Source of the DNA: an uncultured Gemmatimonadales bacterium
Lineage (GTDB): Bacteria; Gemmatimonadota; Gemmatimonadetes; Gemmatimonadales; GWC2-71-9
Direction: 5' to 3'
Length of the DNA: 64,000 nucleotides
Assembly: GCA_963726955.1 (NCBI GenBank)
Contig: CAVSEC010000006.1
Span: forward strand, 350,601-414,600
Shown piece by piece: positions 53,954 through 63,380 of the stretch (its first letter is position 1; every line of letters starts with the position of its first letter). Under the pieces are notes generated by a model that searched no databases, had not been told where the DNA came from, and saw only the letters and a list, made by a program, of their open reading frames with translations. The position numbers were made by a program, and so were the translations under genes.

Positions 53954-53962
53954 ACCGGGGAC

Positions 53963-55102
53963 TTAGGGGCTCGGGGGACCCTCATCAGCCGGTACCAGCT
54001 CTCCCCGCCGAACCACCCCAACCCGTACCTGCAGTGTCGGCGCATCGCCCACAGAATCAAAGGCCACGGCACCGACCACCCCGTCGTAGGTGGCCGTCGC
54101 TCCACCCACCGCAGCCAGCCGGTCGCGGAGCCCGCGCCGCCCACCGCCGCCCCGCGCCACCTGCGCGAGCAACCGGACCGCATCGTAACTGCTGGCCGCC
54201 CCCTGATCCGGCAGCCCGGCGTCCGGGTAGGCGCGCCGGTATGCAGCCACGAATCGGCGATTGATTCGCCGGGAGTCCCCGGCAAGATAGGCGGTGGAGA
54301 CGAAGACTCCTTCCATGAGCGCCGGTGCCACCCGTTCCGCACCGACCATCCCGTCGGCGGCTAGGACCGGAATCCGGAGGCCCGCGGCGCTGATCTGACG
54401 CAGCACCTCGAGGCCCTCGTCCTGGTTGGCCGCCAGAATCAGGACGTCCACGCGCCGCTGCCGGGCGATCCGGGCCAGGTAGGCGCGGATGTCGACCGGG
54501 CTCGCGAGAAAGGGGTCGGTCTCGATCAGGTCACCGCCCAGACGGAGGTACTCGCTGGCAAAGGTGCGCCGGACGCCGCGACCGTATTCGTCGTTGACGA
54601 ACAGCACCGCAGCGTGATTGAGGCCCCAGTCGCGAGCGAAGTGGGCCAGGCTCGCGCCGTAGGCGAGGTCGCTGGGGCAGATGCGGAAGGTGAAATCGCC
54701 GGCGCGGGAGAGGAGCGGTGACGAGGCCGACGGGGAGAGCTGCACCAGCGGGCGATGGCCGCCGTTGTAGACCGGGGCGGCGGCGAGCGTGACGCCGGAA
54801 TACGCACCACCGATCACCGCCGAGACATCGGAGTCATACAGCCGGCCTGCGACCGCGACGGCGGAGTCGGGATCGCCGAAGTCATCCAGTGCCACCAGCT
54901 CGATCGGTGTGCCGCCGACACCCCCCGAGTCGTTGATCTCGCGCAGCGCAAGCTCGGCCCCGCGCCGCATCGGCAGTACGCCCGCTTCATTTAATGAAAG
55001 CGCCAGCCCGAAACGCACCGCCTCGGGCCGGGAGCGGCAGCCCGGCGCCAGCAGCGCCAGGCCAGCCAGGACCGGCATCAATTTTCGGAAAGCGACGATC
55101 AT
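53963..55102 (-). CDS. ABC-transporter substrate-binding lipoprotein, LivK / type-1 periplasmic-binding-fold (branched-chain amino acid type)
   Basis: ATG at 55102 (MIVAFRKLMPVLAGLALLAPGC, lipobox) is preceded by GAGGAG. Blocks IELVALDDFGDP, VSAVIGGAYSGVTLAAAPVY and FVNDEYGRG are typical of this fold. Confidence 0.8.
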   Translation of the reverse strand: MIVAFRKLMPVLAGLALLAPGCRSRPEAVRFGLALSLNEAGVLPMRRGAELALREINDSGGVGGTPIELVALDDFGDPDSAVAVAGRLYDSDVSAVIGGAYSGVTLAAAPVYNGGHRPLVQLSPSASSPLLSRAGDFTFRICPSDLAYGASLAHFARDWGLNHAAVLFVNDEYGRGVRRTFASEYLRLGGDLIETDPFLASPVDIRAYLARIARQRRVDVLILAANQDEGLEVLRQISAAGLRIPVLAADGMVGAERVAPALMEGVFVSTAYLAGDSRRINRRFVAAYRRAYPDAGLPDQGAASSYDAVRLLAQVARGGGGRRGLRDRLAAVGGATATYDGVVGAVAFDSVGDAPTLQVRVGVVRRGELVPADEGPPSP

Positions 55103-55185
55103 CCCGGCACCATCTCCTCGGCGTCCGTCCGTGGCCTGCAAGACTCCTCGGCCGCCGCCCAAGATAACCCGCCCTGCAGCATGGA

Positions 55186-56307
55186 TCAGGGGCGACCGCC
55201 ACAGGCGCCGGGGATGGCGGCCGCAGCCGTCGCATTCCACTGGCGCACATCGAGGCCGAGACAGGCGAGGAGCGTCCCCGCGACGTTCGCCTGGTGTACG
55301 TCCGCCTGGTGGGCGACCACGCCTCGGTCGGGCGTGTACGGACCGACGACCGCGATCCAGATATTCTCCGAGCCCTTCACCCCTTCGCCGTGGTCGGTCC
55401 AGTCTTCGGGGGTCTGCCCGCGACCGTGATCGGTGGTCACGATCAGGGTGGTCTGCCCGCGATAGGCGGGGAGGGCCTCGGCCGTCTGCCACAGCTCCCG
55501 GAGAAAGCCGTCGAGCGCGTGCAGGCCGTCGAGCACCCGATCGTAGCGGCGCGCGTGGGCCAGGTCATCGGTGTCGTTCATTGCGACGTAGAGCACCCGT
55601 GGCTGATAGCGGCGCAGGTAGGCGAGCGCCATCGCTCCGGTAAAGGCGTCGAGCCGGCTCCCTTCCCACAGCGCCAGGGCGCGGGTCTGCAGCACGGCGA
55701 GGCGCCGCATCTCGGGCGTCGCGATCGAATCGGGGAGGGCGTCATAGCCCGCATTCACGAACACGGCGTCCTCCCGGCTCGCCGCGTACTCCCGGAAATT
55801 CTCCCAGCTCCCGAACACGGCAACCTGCGACGATCGCAGTCCCAGCCGCCGGCGGGCGTATTCGAGTGCCGTCTCGTGGGCGTAGCGGATGCGGTCGTTG
55901 CTGGTCACATCGGGCTGGGCCTGCCCGGTGAGGATCTCCTGGTAGCCGGGCGCGGAGAACCCCTGGGTGTTGGTGATCGTCACCCGGCTCCCGACCGCGG
56001 GGTCGCCGAGCAGGATGCCGCGGGGGACGAGGGAGTCCCAGAAGAAGGGCATGAGGGCGCGGCGCCGCTCCTCGGCGGTGGGTCGCCAGTAGTCGGCGCG
56101 CACCCGATCGATCCGGTAGACCCCGCTCAGGGAATCGACCGCAGTCACGATCGAGTCCATGCCGCCGAAGAGATCCTCGGGTCGGATCCCGTCCAGAGTG
56201 ACGAGAATCACGTTGCTCCTGGCGCTGGTCTGGGCGGGGAGTGCCTGAGTGCCGGCCACGAGGAGGGCAGCCGCAAGGAGGACTCGACGGAGGTCGGCGA
56301 AGGGCAT
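55186..56307 (-). CDS. Secreted alkaline-phosphatase-superfamily enzyme (type I phosphodiesterase/nucleotide pyrophosphatase-like)
   Basis: ATG at 56307 (MPFADLRRVLLAAALLVAGTQALPAQ signal peptide). It has VILVTLDGIRPEDL (metal/nucleophile loop) and LIVTTDHGRG. Confidence 0.65.
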   Translation of the reverse strand: MPFADLRRVLLAAALLVAGTQALPAQTSARSNVILVTLDGIRPEDLFGGMDSIVTAVDSLSGVYRIDRVRADYWRPTAEERRRALMPFFWDSLVPRGILLGDPAVGSRVTITNTQGFSAPGYQEILTGQAQPDVTSNDRIRYAHETALEYARRRLGLRSSQVAVFGSWENFREYAASREDAVFVNAGYDALPDSIATPEMRRLAVLQTRALALWEGSRLDAFTGAMALAYLRRYQPRVLYVAMNDTDDLAHARRYDRVLDGLHALDGFLRELWQTAEALPAYRGQTTLIVTTDHGRGQTPEDWTDHGEGVKGSENIWIAVVGPYTPDRGVVAHQADVHQANVAGTLLACLGLDVRQWNATAAAAIPGACGGRP

Positions 56308-56400
56308 GGCAGTCCGTGGGGGAGGAGGAGGGCTCAATCTAGTCCGTAAGATGGAGTTACAAGGTGCGGTAGTGACTCGTTCTTGACAAAAACGGGCAAA

Positions 56401-56416
56401 ATGTAAACGTTTACAT
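56401..56416. promoter_or_regulatory. Perfect 16-bp palindrome ATGTAAACGTTTACAT, a LacI-family operator candidate
   Basis: The sequence equals its own reverse complement and fits the LacI/GalR operator core TGnAAnCGnTTnCA. It sits in the AT-richer divergent region, 13 nt downstream of a TTGACA hexamer (56383..56388) and 113 nt upstream of the LacI start. Confidence 0.65.
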
Positions 56417-56528
56417 CGCCTTTCCAATCCGACAGAATCGTCGGAACTCGACCAAAAATGTGTTCCCGCGAGTCGCCGCTCCGCCCCTCTGGGCAGGCTG
56501 GCGGTCCCTCGTCGCTGAGCTTCCGCTG

Positions 56529-57566
56529 ATGGTCACCATCAAGGATGTCGCCCGGTCGGCCGGGGTCTCGGTCGCCACGGTCTCCCGGGTCTACAACGGG
56601 AGCACGCTGGTCCGGGAGGCGACCCGGGACCGGGTCCGGCAGGTGGCCGAGGAGCTGGGCTACAGCCCGCACGGCGCCGCCCGGAGTCTGATCACCAGCC
56701 GCACCCACACCATCGGCGTGCTGCTGCCCGACATCTACGGCGAGTTTTTCTCGGAGGTCATCCGGGGGATCGACCAGGCGGCGCAGCAGGAAGGGTACCA
56801 CCTGCTGGTATCGAGTGCACGGGACGATCTCGAGACCGCCCTGCGCTCCATGCGTGGCCGGGTCGATGGACTGATCGTGATGTCACCGGCGCTGGATGCC
56901 AGCGCCTCCCGGAGGAGTCTCCCCGATCGCTTTCCGGTGATCATGCTCAACTGCCCGCCGAACGACGCCGCGTACGACAGTCTGGGGATCGCGAACTTCG
57001 AGGGCGCCTACGCCATGATTGGCCACCTCGGTGCCCAGGGGCACCAGCGGATCGCGATCATTCGCGGGGCGGAGCAGAACTTCGACGCCGCCGAGCGGCT
57101 GCGCGGGTATCGCGCGGCGGTACGCGACCTGGGTCTCGATGCCTCGCCGACGCTCGAACTGCCCGGGGATTTCAGTGAGGCGGCCGGGCACGCTGCCGCC
57201 CTGACACTTGTCAATGCCCGCGACCGGCCGACCGCCGTGTTCGCCACCAATGATGGCATGGCGATCGGGGCGCTGAGCGCCTTCCGCGAGGCGGGGCTCC
57301 GGGTGCCGGAGGACATTGCGGTCACCGGTTTCGACGACATCCCGATGGCCCGCTACGTGGAGCCGGCGCTCACCTCCGTCCACGTCGATATCAGCGCGCT
57401 GGGCGCGCGCGCGACCAGTTGGCTGCTCCGCGCCCTGAGTGAACCGTCCGATCGAGAGCTCCGCCGCGAGATGCTGCCTACGACGCTCGTCGTCAGGCGC
57501 TCCTGCGGCACCCGGAGGCCGCGAGGCCCCGTGTCATCACCACCCCCAGGAGGAAGTGTCGCATGA
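56529..57566 (+). CDS. LacI-family transcriptional regulator
   Basis: ATG at 56529. The HTH is MVTIKDVARSAGVSVATVSRVYNG, followed by a sugar-binding fold. The stop overlaps the receptor start (ATGA). Confidence 0.9.
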   Translation: MVTIKDVARSAGVSVATVSRVYNGSTLVREATRDRVRQVAEELGYSPHGAARSLITSRTHTIGVLLPDIYGEFFSEVIRGIDQAAQQEGYHLLVSSARDDLETALRSMRGRVDGLIVMSPALDASASRRSLPDRFPVIMLNCPPNDAAYDSLGIANFEGAYAMIGHLGAQGHQRIAIIRGAEQNFDAAERLRGYRAAVRDLGLDASPTLELPGDFSEAAGHAAALTLVNARDRPTAVFATNDGMAIGALSAFREAGLRVPEDIAVTGFDDIPMARYVEPALTSVHVDISALGARATSWLLRALSEPSDRELRREMLPTTLVVRRSCGTRRPRGPVSSPPPGGSVA

Positions 57567-60535
57567 TCACCCGAAATGTGGTTCGATGGCTGGGAGGGGC
57601 GCTGGCGGTTGTCGCGCTGCTCCTTCTGGCCGCGGGCAGCCTCACCGCCCAGACCAGCACCGGCAGCATCCGTGGCAGCATCACCTCGGCGGACGGCAAG
57701 GCCGTCGCCGGCGCCGAGATCGAGGCGAAGAACCTCGCGAGTGGCGTCCCGCGGACCACGACCAGCCGCAACGACGGCAGCTACAACCTCTCCGGCCTCG
57801 TGCCGGCCGCCTACCAGCTGACCGTGCGCCACATCGGCAACGGCGCGCAGGCGCGGCAGGTCGTGGTACAGATCGGCGCGGTATCGACCCAGGACTTCGC
57901 GCTGACCGAGCAGGCGGTGGATATCGGCGAGATCGTGGTGCAGGGCGCGGCGACTCCCGAAACACGCACCTCCGAGGTCGCGACCAACATCACCTCCGCC
58001 CAGATCGAGAAGCTGCCGACGCCGAGCCGGAACTTCCTCGACCTGGCCGCACTTGCACCGGGCATCACGGTGAGCGAGGACCGGATCGGTGGGACGTCGA
58101 AGACATTTTCCGCCGGCGGTCAGACCGCTGACGCAGTCAATATCTTCATCGACGGCACCAGCCTCAAGAATGATCTGACCGGCGGCGGCGTCACGGGGCA
58201 GGACGCGAGCAAGGGGAATCCCTTCCCGCGAAACGCCATCCAGGAATACCGCGTGATCAGTCAGAACTTCAAGGCCGAGTACCAGAAGGCTTCGAGCGCG
58301 GTGATCACCGCGACGACCAAGTCGGGCGGCAATGAATGGGCGGGCAACCTCTTCTTCAACTATCAGGACCGGGGCCTCGTCGCCCTGGACACCTTCCAGC
58401 GGGCGACCAAGGCGGCAAACCCCGGCTTCACCAAGCCGGACTACGCCCGCTACCTCGGCGGCTTCAGCGCTGGCGGGCCGATCATCCGGAACAAGCTCCA
58501 CGTCTTTGCGTCGTACGAAGGCAACTACCAGAACCGTTCCAACCTGGTCGGCTTCGCGCCTCCGGCGACGGGGCTCTTCCCCGCGCTCGACACGGTCAAT
58601 CTGAGTCAGTACAACGGCAACTTCCAGTCGCCGTTCCGGGAGTCGCTCGTCTTCGGGAAGCTGAGTTACGCGGTCAGCGCCAAGTCCACGGCGGAGCTCA
58701 GCTTCAGCAACCGGCATGAGACCGACGTGCGTGATTTCGGCACGTTTTGCTGCGGGGTGAACTCGTTCCAGGAAGCGGTCAACTTCCGCCAGAACGTGAG
58801 CATCGGGCAGTTCCGCTACAACTACTTCTCCGGTGCGTGGCTCAACGAAGCGAAGATCGACTACTCCCGCTTCCGCCGAAACCCGAGTCCTAACACGGCG
58901 GGCCTGCCGAGTCGCTCGTACCGGATCAACGGCAACGAGAACATCATCGGCAGCAACCTCAGTACCCAGGATTTCATTCAGAAGCGCATCGGCTTTCGCG
59001 ATGACGTCACCTACTCGGGCTTCCAGGCCGGGGGGCAGCACGTGATCAAGCTGGGCGCCAACTTTGACTTCTTGAGCTACGACGTCTTCAAGGGCAACGA
59101 TGAGACGCCGAGATTCAACTATACCGACGTCTTCAACGGAAGCCCGTACGACTACCGCAATCCGTACGAGCTCCGCTTCGGCACCGGCAACGCCGCGTTG
59201 AACAAGAACAACAATCAGCTCGGGATCTACCTGCAGGACGACTGGAGCCCGACGCCGCGGCTGACGATCAACGCCGGCATCCGGTGGGACTACGAGTCGA
59301 AGATGATGAACTACGACTACAAGACCCCGCAGGAAGTCATCGACACACTGACACGCTACAACGACTCCCTGCCCAATCCGCTGGACCTGAATCGATACAT
59401 CAGCACCGGCAGCAACCGGAAACCGTTCTACGGCGCCTTCCAGCCGCGGCTCGGATTCTCGTACGCGCTCGACCGCGAGAACAAGACGACGATCTTCGGC
59501 GGCTTCGGCATCTACTACGACCGCTCGCTGTTCGACGTCTCGGTGGACGAGACCCTGAAGCTGACCCATCCGACGTATACGGTGAGCTTCGCCAATCCCG
59601 ACTCGACCCCGAGCGCCGGGCAGATCGCCTGGAGCGATTCGTACCTGACGGCCAACAAGACCGTCCTTGACAACCTGGTGCACACCCAGGGACAGCCCGA
59701 GGCCTGGCTGATCGACAGCAAGGCCAAGGTGCCCAAGTCGCGCGAGTGGAATCTTGGCGTGCGCCGCCTGCTGGGGAATTTCGTGGTTTCGGTGACGTAC
59801 GCCGGCGTCCGCGGCGTCGATCAGCTGGCTCTCAACTTCGGAAACTCCGGCGTCAACCCGGACGGCAGCTGCTGCGCCCCCGGGTTCAACACCGGCGCGC
59901 ACGGGTTCAGCAATTTCATCTACTCCACCAACGACAAGAAGACCTGGTATGATGCCCTGCTGATCCAGATCGACCGCCCGTACCGCCGGGTGTCGACCAG
60001 CAATTTCGGTTGGGGCGCCGGCCTGGCGTACACCTACGCCAAGCGCCAGGTGGCGGGCGCGGACGCTCTCGGTGACCTGTTCGAATTCCCGACCTCGAAG
60101 AGCATCGCGAAACACGTCGCCAATGATGAGAAGAGCCACGTGGTGGCGAACTGGATCCTGGATGTTCCATACGTCTTCGGCATCCAGTTCTCGGGCGTGA
60201 TCACGCTCGGCAGCGGCGCGCGGCAGGACATCGGCTGCCCGCCTCGCTTCTGTGGCGCGAACTATCGCCCAGGCGGCTTCACGCCCAAGAAGTACGACTT
60301 CATCATCCCGGGCGCCTGGGCCTACCGCAACGTCGACCTCAGGCTGCGCAAGGATCTCCCGAATATTTCGGGAACCACGATCGGTCTGACGGCGGACCTC
60401 TACAATGCATTCAACTACAACAACTTCGGCTGCTTTGACACAGGGTTCGGCACCCCGAACCCGAACCTGGGCAAGGCGAACTGCGTTGTGAGCGACGCCC
60501 GTCGCTTCCAGCTCGGTGTCGAGTACAACTTCTAG
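57563..60535 (+). CDS. TonB-dependent outer-membrane receptor with carboxypeptidase-regulatory-like N-domain
   Basis: Intact 990-aa ORF with AGGAGG upstream. It has a signal peptide, a CarbopepD_reg-like segment (GSIRGSITSADGKAVAGAEIEAKN...GSYNLSGLVPAAYQL), a plug and a barrel ending LGVEYNF. Confidence 0.9.
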   Translation: MITRNVVRWLGGALAVVALLLLAAGSLTAQTSTGSIRGSITSADGKAVAGAEIEAKNLASGVPRTTTSRNDGSYNLSGLVPAAYQLTVRHIGNGAQARQVVVQIGAVSTQDFALTEQAVDIGEIVVQGAATPETRTSEVATNITSAQIEKLPTPSRNFLDLAALAPGITVSEDRIGGTSKTFSAGGQTADAVNIFIDGTSLKNDLTGGGVTGQDASKGNPFPRNAIQEYRVISQNFKAEYQKASSAVITATTKSGGNEWAGNLFFNYQDRGLVALDTFQRATKAANPGFTKPDYARYLGGFSAGGPIIRNKLHVFASYEGNYQNRSNLVGFAPPATGLFPALDTVNLSQYNGNFQSPFRESLVFGKLSYAVSAKSTAELSFSNRHETDVRDFGTFCCGVNSFQEAVNFRQNVSIGQFRYNYFSGAWLNEAKIDYSRFRRNPSPNTAGLPSRSYRINGNENIIGSNLSTQDFIQKRIGFRDDVTYSGFQAGGQHVIKLGANFDFLSYDVFKGNDETPRFNYTDVFNGSPYDYRNPYELRFGTGNAALNKNNNQLGIYLQDDWSPTPRLTINAGIRWDYESKMMNYDYKTPQEVIDTLTRYNDSLPNPLDLNRYISTGSNRKPFYGAFQPRLGFSYALDRENKTTIFGGFGIYYDRSLFDVSVDETLKLTHPTYTVSFANPDSTPSAGQIAWSDSYLTANKTVLDNLVHTQGQPEAWLIDSKAKVPKSREWNLGVRRLLGNFVVSVTYAGVRGVDQLALNFGNSGVNPDGSCCAPGFNTGAHGFSNFIYSTNDKKTWYDALLIQIDRPYRRVSTSNFGWGAGLAYTYAKRQVAGADALGDLFEFPTSKSIAKHVANDEKSHVVANWILDVPYVFGIQFSGVITLGSGARQDIGCPPRFCGANYRPGGFTPKKYDFIIPGAWAYRNVDLRLRKDLPNISGTTIGLTADLYNAFNYNNFGCFDTGFGTPNPNLGKANCVVSDARRFQLGVEYNF

Positions 60536-60609
60536 CTGACCTCTCAACCGTGGGGCATCCACTCCGGGTGCCTCACGGTGCTTCACCCCTCACGGGGGCG
60601 GAACGACCC

Positions 60610-62046
60610 ATGCGTGCACTCCTGACTCGGCTCCCTCCTCCCGCCAGCCTCCTCCTCCTCGGCCTCCTCGCCTGCAGCGGCAGTCGTGCGGTTGCCCCGA
60701 CGCCGGACCCGATCACCTCCCCACAGACCCAGGCGTTCCTCGACACCCTCGAGCAGCGCACCTTCGCCTTCTTCTGGGAACGGAGCGACCCGGTCACCGG
60801 CCTTACCCCGGACCGCTGGCCGCATCAGAGCTTTGCCAGCATCGCGGCGGTGGGATTCGCGCTGACGGCCTACCCGGTGGGCGTCGAACGGGGCTACGTG
60901 AGCCGCGCCGACGCGGCGGGGCGCACCCTGAACACCCTCAGGTGGTTCTGGCAGGCACCGCAGGGCGTGGCCGCCGCCGGCCTCACCGGCTACAAGGGAT
61001 TCTTCTACCACTTCCTGGACCAGCAGAGCGGCGCGCGCTTCAAGGATGTGGAGCTGTCGACGGTGGACACCTCCCTCCTGCTCATGGGCGTGCTGTTCTG
61101 CCAGCAGTACTTCGACGGCCCCGACCTCACCGAGTCGGCGATCCGTGCCTACGCCGATTCGCTCTACCGCCGGGTGGACTGGCGCTGGGCCGAACGCACC
61201 CCGCCGCTCGTCAACATGGGGTGGAAGCCGGAGAGCGGCTGGCTGCCGCTCGACTGGCGCGGCTTCAACGAGGCGATGCTGGTGTACGTCCTGGCCCTCG
61301 GCTCGCCGACCTCGCCGATCGATTCGACGGCCTGGGCCGAGTGGTCGAGCAGCTACGAATGGGGGACCTACTACGGCCAGTCGCATCTGGGCTTCGCGCC
61401 GCTCTTCGGACACCACTACACCCAGGTCTGGATCGACTTCCGCGGGATCCAGGATCCGTTCATGCGCGCCCATGGCCTCGACTACTTCGAGAACTCCCGC
61501 CGGGCGACGCTGGCCCAGCGAGGCTACGCCATCGCCAATCCCGCCGGCTGGGCCGGCTACGGTGGCGATCTCTGGGGACTCTCCGCCTCTGACGGACCCG
61601 CCGACGTGACCCTCTCCTACAAGGGCCTGCCGCGCCGCTTCTATACCTACGCCGCGCGCGGCGCCTCCTTCACCGAAGTGCGCGATGACGGCACGCTGGC
61701 CCCTACGGCGGCCGGCGGCTCGATCGCCTTTGCACCCGAGGTCGTCATCCCCACTCTCCGCGCCATGCACGATCGCTATGGCCCGTGGCTGTACGGCGAG
61801 TACGGCTTCTTCGACGCCTTCAACCCGAGCTGGCCATCCTCCTCCTCCGTGAGTCAGGGTCGAGTCGTGACCGGCCAGGGATGGTTCGACGACGACTATC
61901 TCGGCATCGACCAGGGCCCGATCGTGGCGATGATCGCCAACTACCGCACCGATCTGGTGTGGAAGTACATGCGGAAGAGTCCCTACATCATCCGGGGCCT
62001 GCGTCGCGCGGGGTTCACGGGTGGCTGGCTGATGACGGCACCATGA
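60610..62046 (+). CDS. GH144-type (Pfam Glycoamylase family) endo-beta-1,2-glucanase-like lipoprotein
   Basis: ATG at 60610 with lipobox LLLGLLACS. Blocks TFAFFWERSDPVTGLTPDR, GFFYHFLD, STVDTSLLLMGVLF, NEAMLVYVLALGSP, YTQVWIDFRG and YGFFDAFNPSW match my recollection of the GH144 / putative-glucoamylase family. Confidence 0.7.
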   Translation: MRALLTRLPPPASLLLLGLLACSGSRAVAPTPDPITSPQTQAFLDTLEQRTFAFFWERSDPVTGLTPDRWPHQSFASIAAVGFALTAYPVGVERGYVSRADAAGRTLNTLRWFWQAPQGVAAAGLTGYKGFFYHFLDQQSGARFKDVELSTVDTSLLLMGVLFCQQYFDGPDLTESAIRAYADSLYRRVDWRWAERTPPLVNMGWKPESGWLPLDWRGFNEAMLVYVLALGSPTSPIDSTAWAEWSSSYEWGTYYGQSHLGFAPLFGHHYTQVWIDFRGIQDPFMRAHGLDYFENSRRATLAQRGYAIANPAGWAGYGGDLWGLSASDGPADVTLSYKGLPRRFYTYAARGASFTEVRDDGTLAPTAAGGSIAFAPEVVIPTLRAMHDRYGPWLYGEYGFFDAFNPSWPSSSSVSQGRVVTGQGWFDDDYLGIDQGPIVAMIANYRTDLVWKYMRKSPYIIRGLRRAGFTGGWLMTAP

Positions 62047-62060
62047 GCCCCATGTCGCCC

Positions 62061-62118
62061 CGAGCGCAGCGAGGGATCTCTCCTGGTGCACACCGACGGA
62101 TCCCTCGGTCGCTGCGCT
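62061..62118 (+). promoter_or_regulatory. Long imperfect intercistronic hairpin (17 bp in two helices) between GH144 and the binding-protein gene
   Basis: GAGCGCAGCG-AGGGATC, a 20-nt loop, then GATCCCT-cggt-CGCTGCGCTC. It ends 9 nt before the ATG at 62127. Confidence 0.55.
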
Positions 62119-62126
62119 CCCTCGGG

Positions 62127-63380
62127 ATGACAGCACACGGCACGGCGATCACCCTGCTGCTCCTCCTCGGCTGCCGGAGTGCGGAGGACCCTGACACGCT
62201 CCGCTTCTGGGCCTTCGGCCGGGAGGGAGAGGTCGTGCAGAAGCTGGCGCGCGGCTTCGAGCGGGAGCACCCCGGCGTGCACGTCCGGGTGCAGCAGATT
62301 CCCTGGAGTGCGGCCCACGAGAAGCTGCTGACCTCCATCGTCGGCCGGTCCACCCCGGACATCGCGCAGATGGGCAACACCTGGATTCCGGAGATGGTGG
62401 CGCTCGGCGCCCTCGCGCCGATCACCACGCCGCTCGGGGACAGCAGCTACTTCCCCGGGATCGTCGCGACCAACGTCGTCCACGACACCCTCTATGGTCT
62501 CCCCTGGTATGTCGACACCCGGGTGCTGTTCTACCGGAAGGACATCCTCGCCCAGGCGGGTTACGACCGGATGCCTGACACCTGGGCCGGCTGGCGCGAG
62601 GCGATGCTCGCCATCAAGCGCACGGTGGGTCCCGACCGCTATGCGATCTTCCTGCCGACCAACGAATGGCCGCCGCAGGTGATCCTCGGGCTGCAGGCCG
62701 GCTCCCCGCTGATCACCGCCGAGGGGCGCGGCGCCTTTGCCGCCCCCGCCTTTGCGAGCGCATTCGACTTCCTGCTCTCCCTCTATCGCGATCACCTGGC
62801 GCCGCCGGTGAGCAACACCGAGATCGCGAACCTCTACCAGGAATTCGGGCGCGGCTACTTCTCGATGTACATCAGCGGGCCCTGGAACCTCGGTGAGTTC
62901 CGCCGCCGGCTGCCGCCGGAGCTGCAGCACGCCTGGGGCACCGCCCCGCTCCCCGGCCCCACCGGCGCCGAGTCAGGCGTATCGCTCGCGGGCGGATCGA
63001 GCCTCGTGGTCTTCCGGAGTTCCCGGCATCGGGAGCTGGCGACGGCGCTGATCGAGTACCTCTGCCGCCCGGAGCAGCAGGCCGCCTTCTACCATCTCAC
63101 CGGCGATCTCCCCGCCCGGCGCGAGGCGTGGGCCGACTCGGCGCTGGCCGCCGATCGGGAGGCAGACGCCTTTCGGATCCAGCTGCTCCGTGCCGTCCCC
63201 ACCCCGATGGTACCGGAGTGGGAACAGGTGACGACCAAGATCATGGACCATACCGAAGCCGCGGTGCGTGGCGGCACGTCCCCCGTCGCCGCACTCCGCG
63301 CCCTGGACGAGGACGTGGACCGGCTGCTGGAGCGGCGCCGCTACCTCCTGGCGCGGGCCCGCGTCGGAGCCGAGCGATGA
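62127..63380 (+). CDS. ABC sugar-transporter substrate-binding lipoprotein
   Basis: ATG at 62127 (MTAHGTAITLLLLLGC). Blocks LRFWAFGREGEVV, PDIAQMGNTWIPE, LPWYVDTRVLFYRKD and SLVVFRSSRH are typical of family-1 sugar-binding proteins. Confidence 0.85.
   Translation: MTAHGTAITLLLLLGCRSAEDPDTLRFWAFGREGEVVQKLARGFEREHPGVHVRVQQIPWSAAHEKLLTSIVGRSTPDIAQMGNTWIPEMVALGALAPITTPLGDSSYFPGIVATNVVHDTLYGLPWYVDTRVLFYRKDILAQAGYDRMPDTWAGWREAMLAIKRTVGPDRYAIFLPTNEWPPQVILGLQAGSPLITAEGRGAFAAPAFASAFDFLLSLYRDHLAPPVSNTEIANLYQEFGRGYFSMYISGPWNLGEFRRRLPPELQHAWGTAPLPGPTGAESGVSLAGGSSLVVFRSSRHRELATALIEYLCRPEQQAAFYHLTGDLPARREAWADSALAADREADAFRIQLLRAVPTPMVPEWEQVTTKIMDHTEAAVRGGTSPVAALRALDEDVDRLLERRRYLLARARVGAER

Noticed and set aside
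56389-56417. A -10 hexamer to pair with the TTGACA at 56383..56388
   Set aside because: At 16-18 nt spacing the candidates (AAACGT, AACGTT, ACGTTT) are poor TAnnnT matches. I therefore report only the -35-like hexamer and the operator, not a full promoter.
57353-60586. Very long antisense ORFs opposite real genes (for example 57353..60586 -, 48896..51115 +, 60583..62136 -, 1406..2581 -, 26788..28530 +, 28651..30333 +)
   Set aside because: Their translations are Arg/Pro/Gly/Ala-rich, low in complexity and carry no recognisable motifs. The opposite strand encodes well-supported proteins. These are the typical shadow ORFs of GC-rich DNA.
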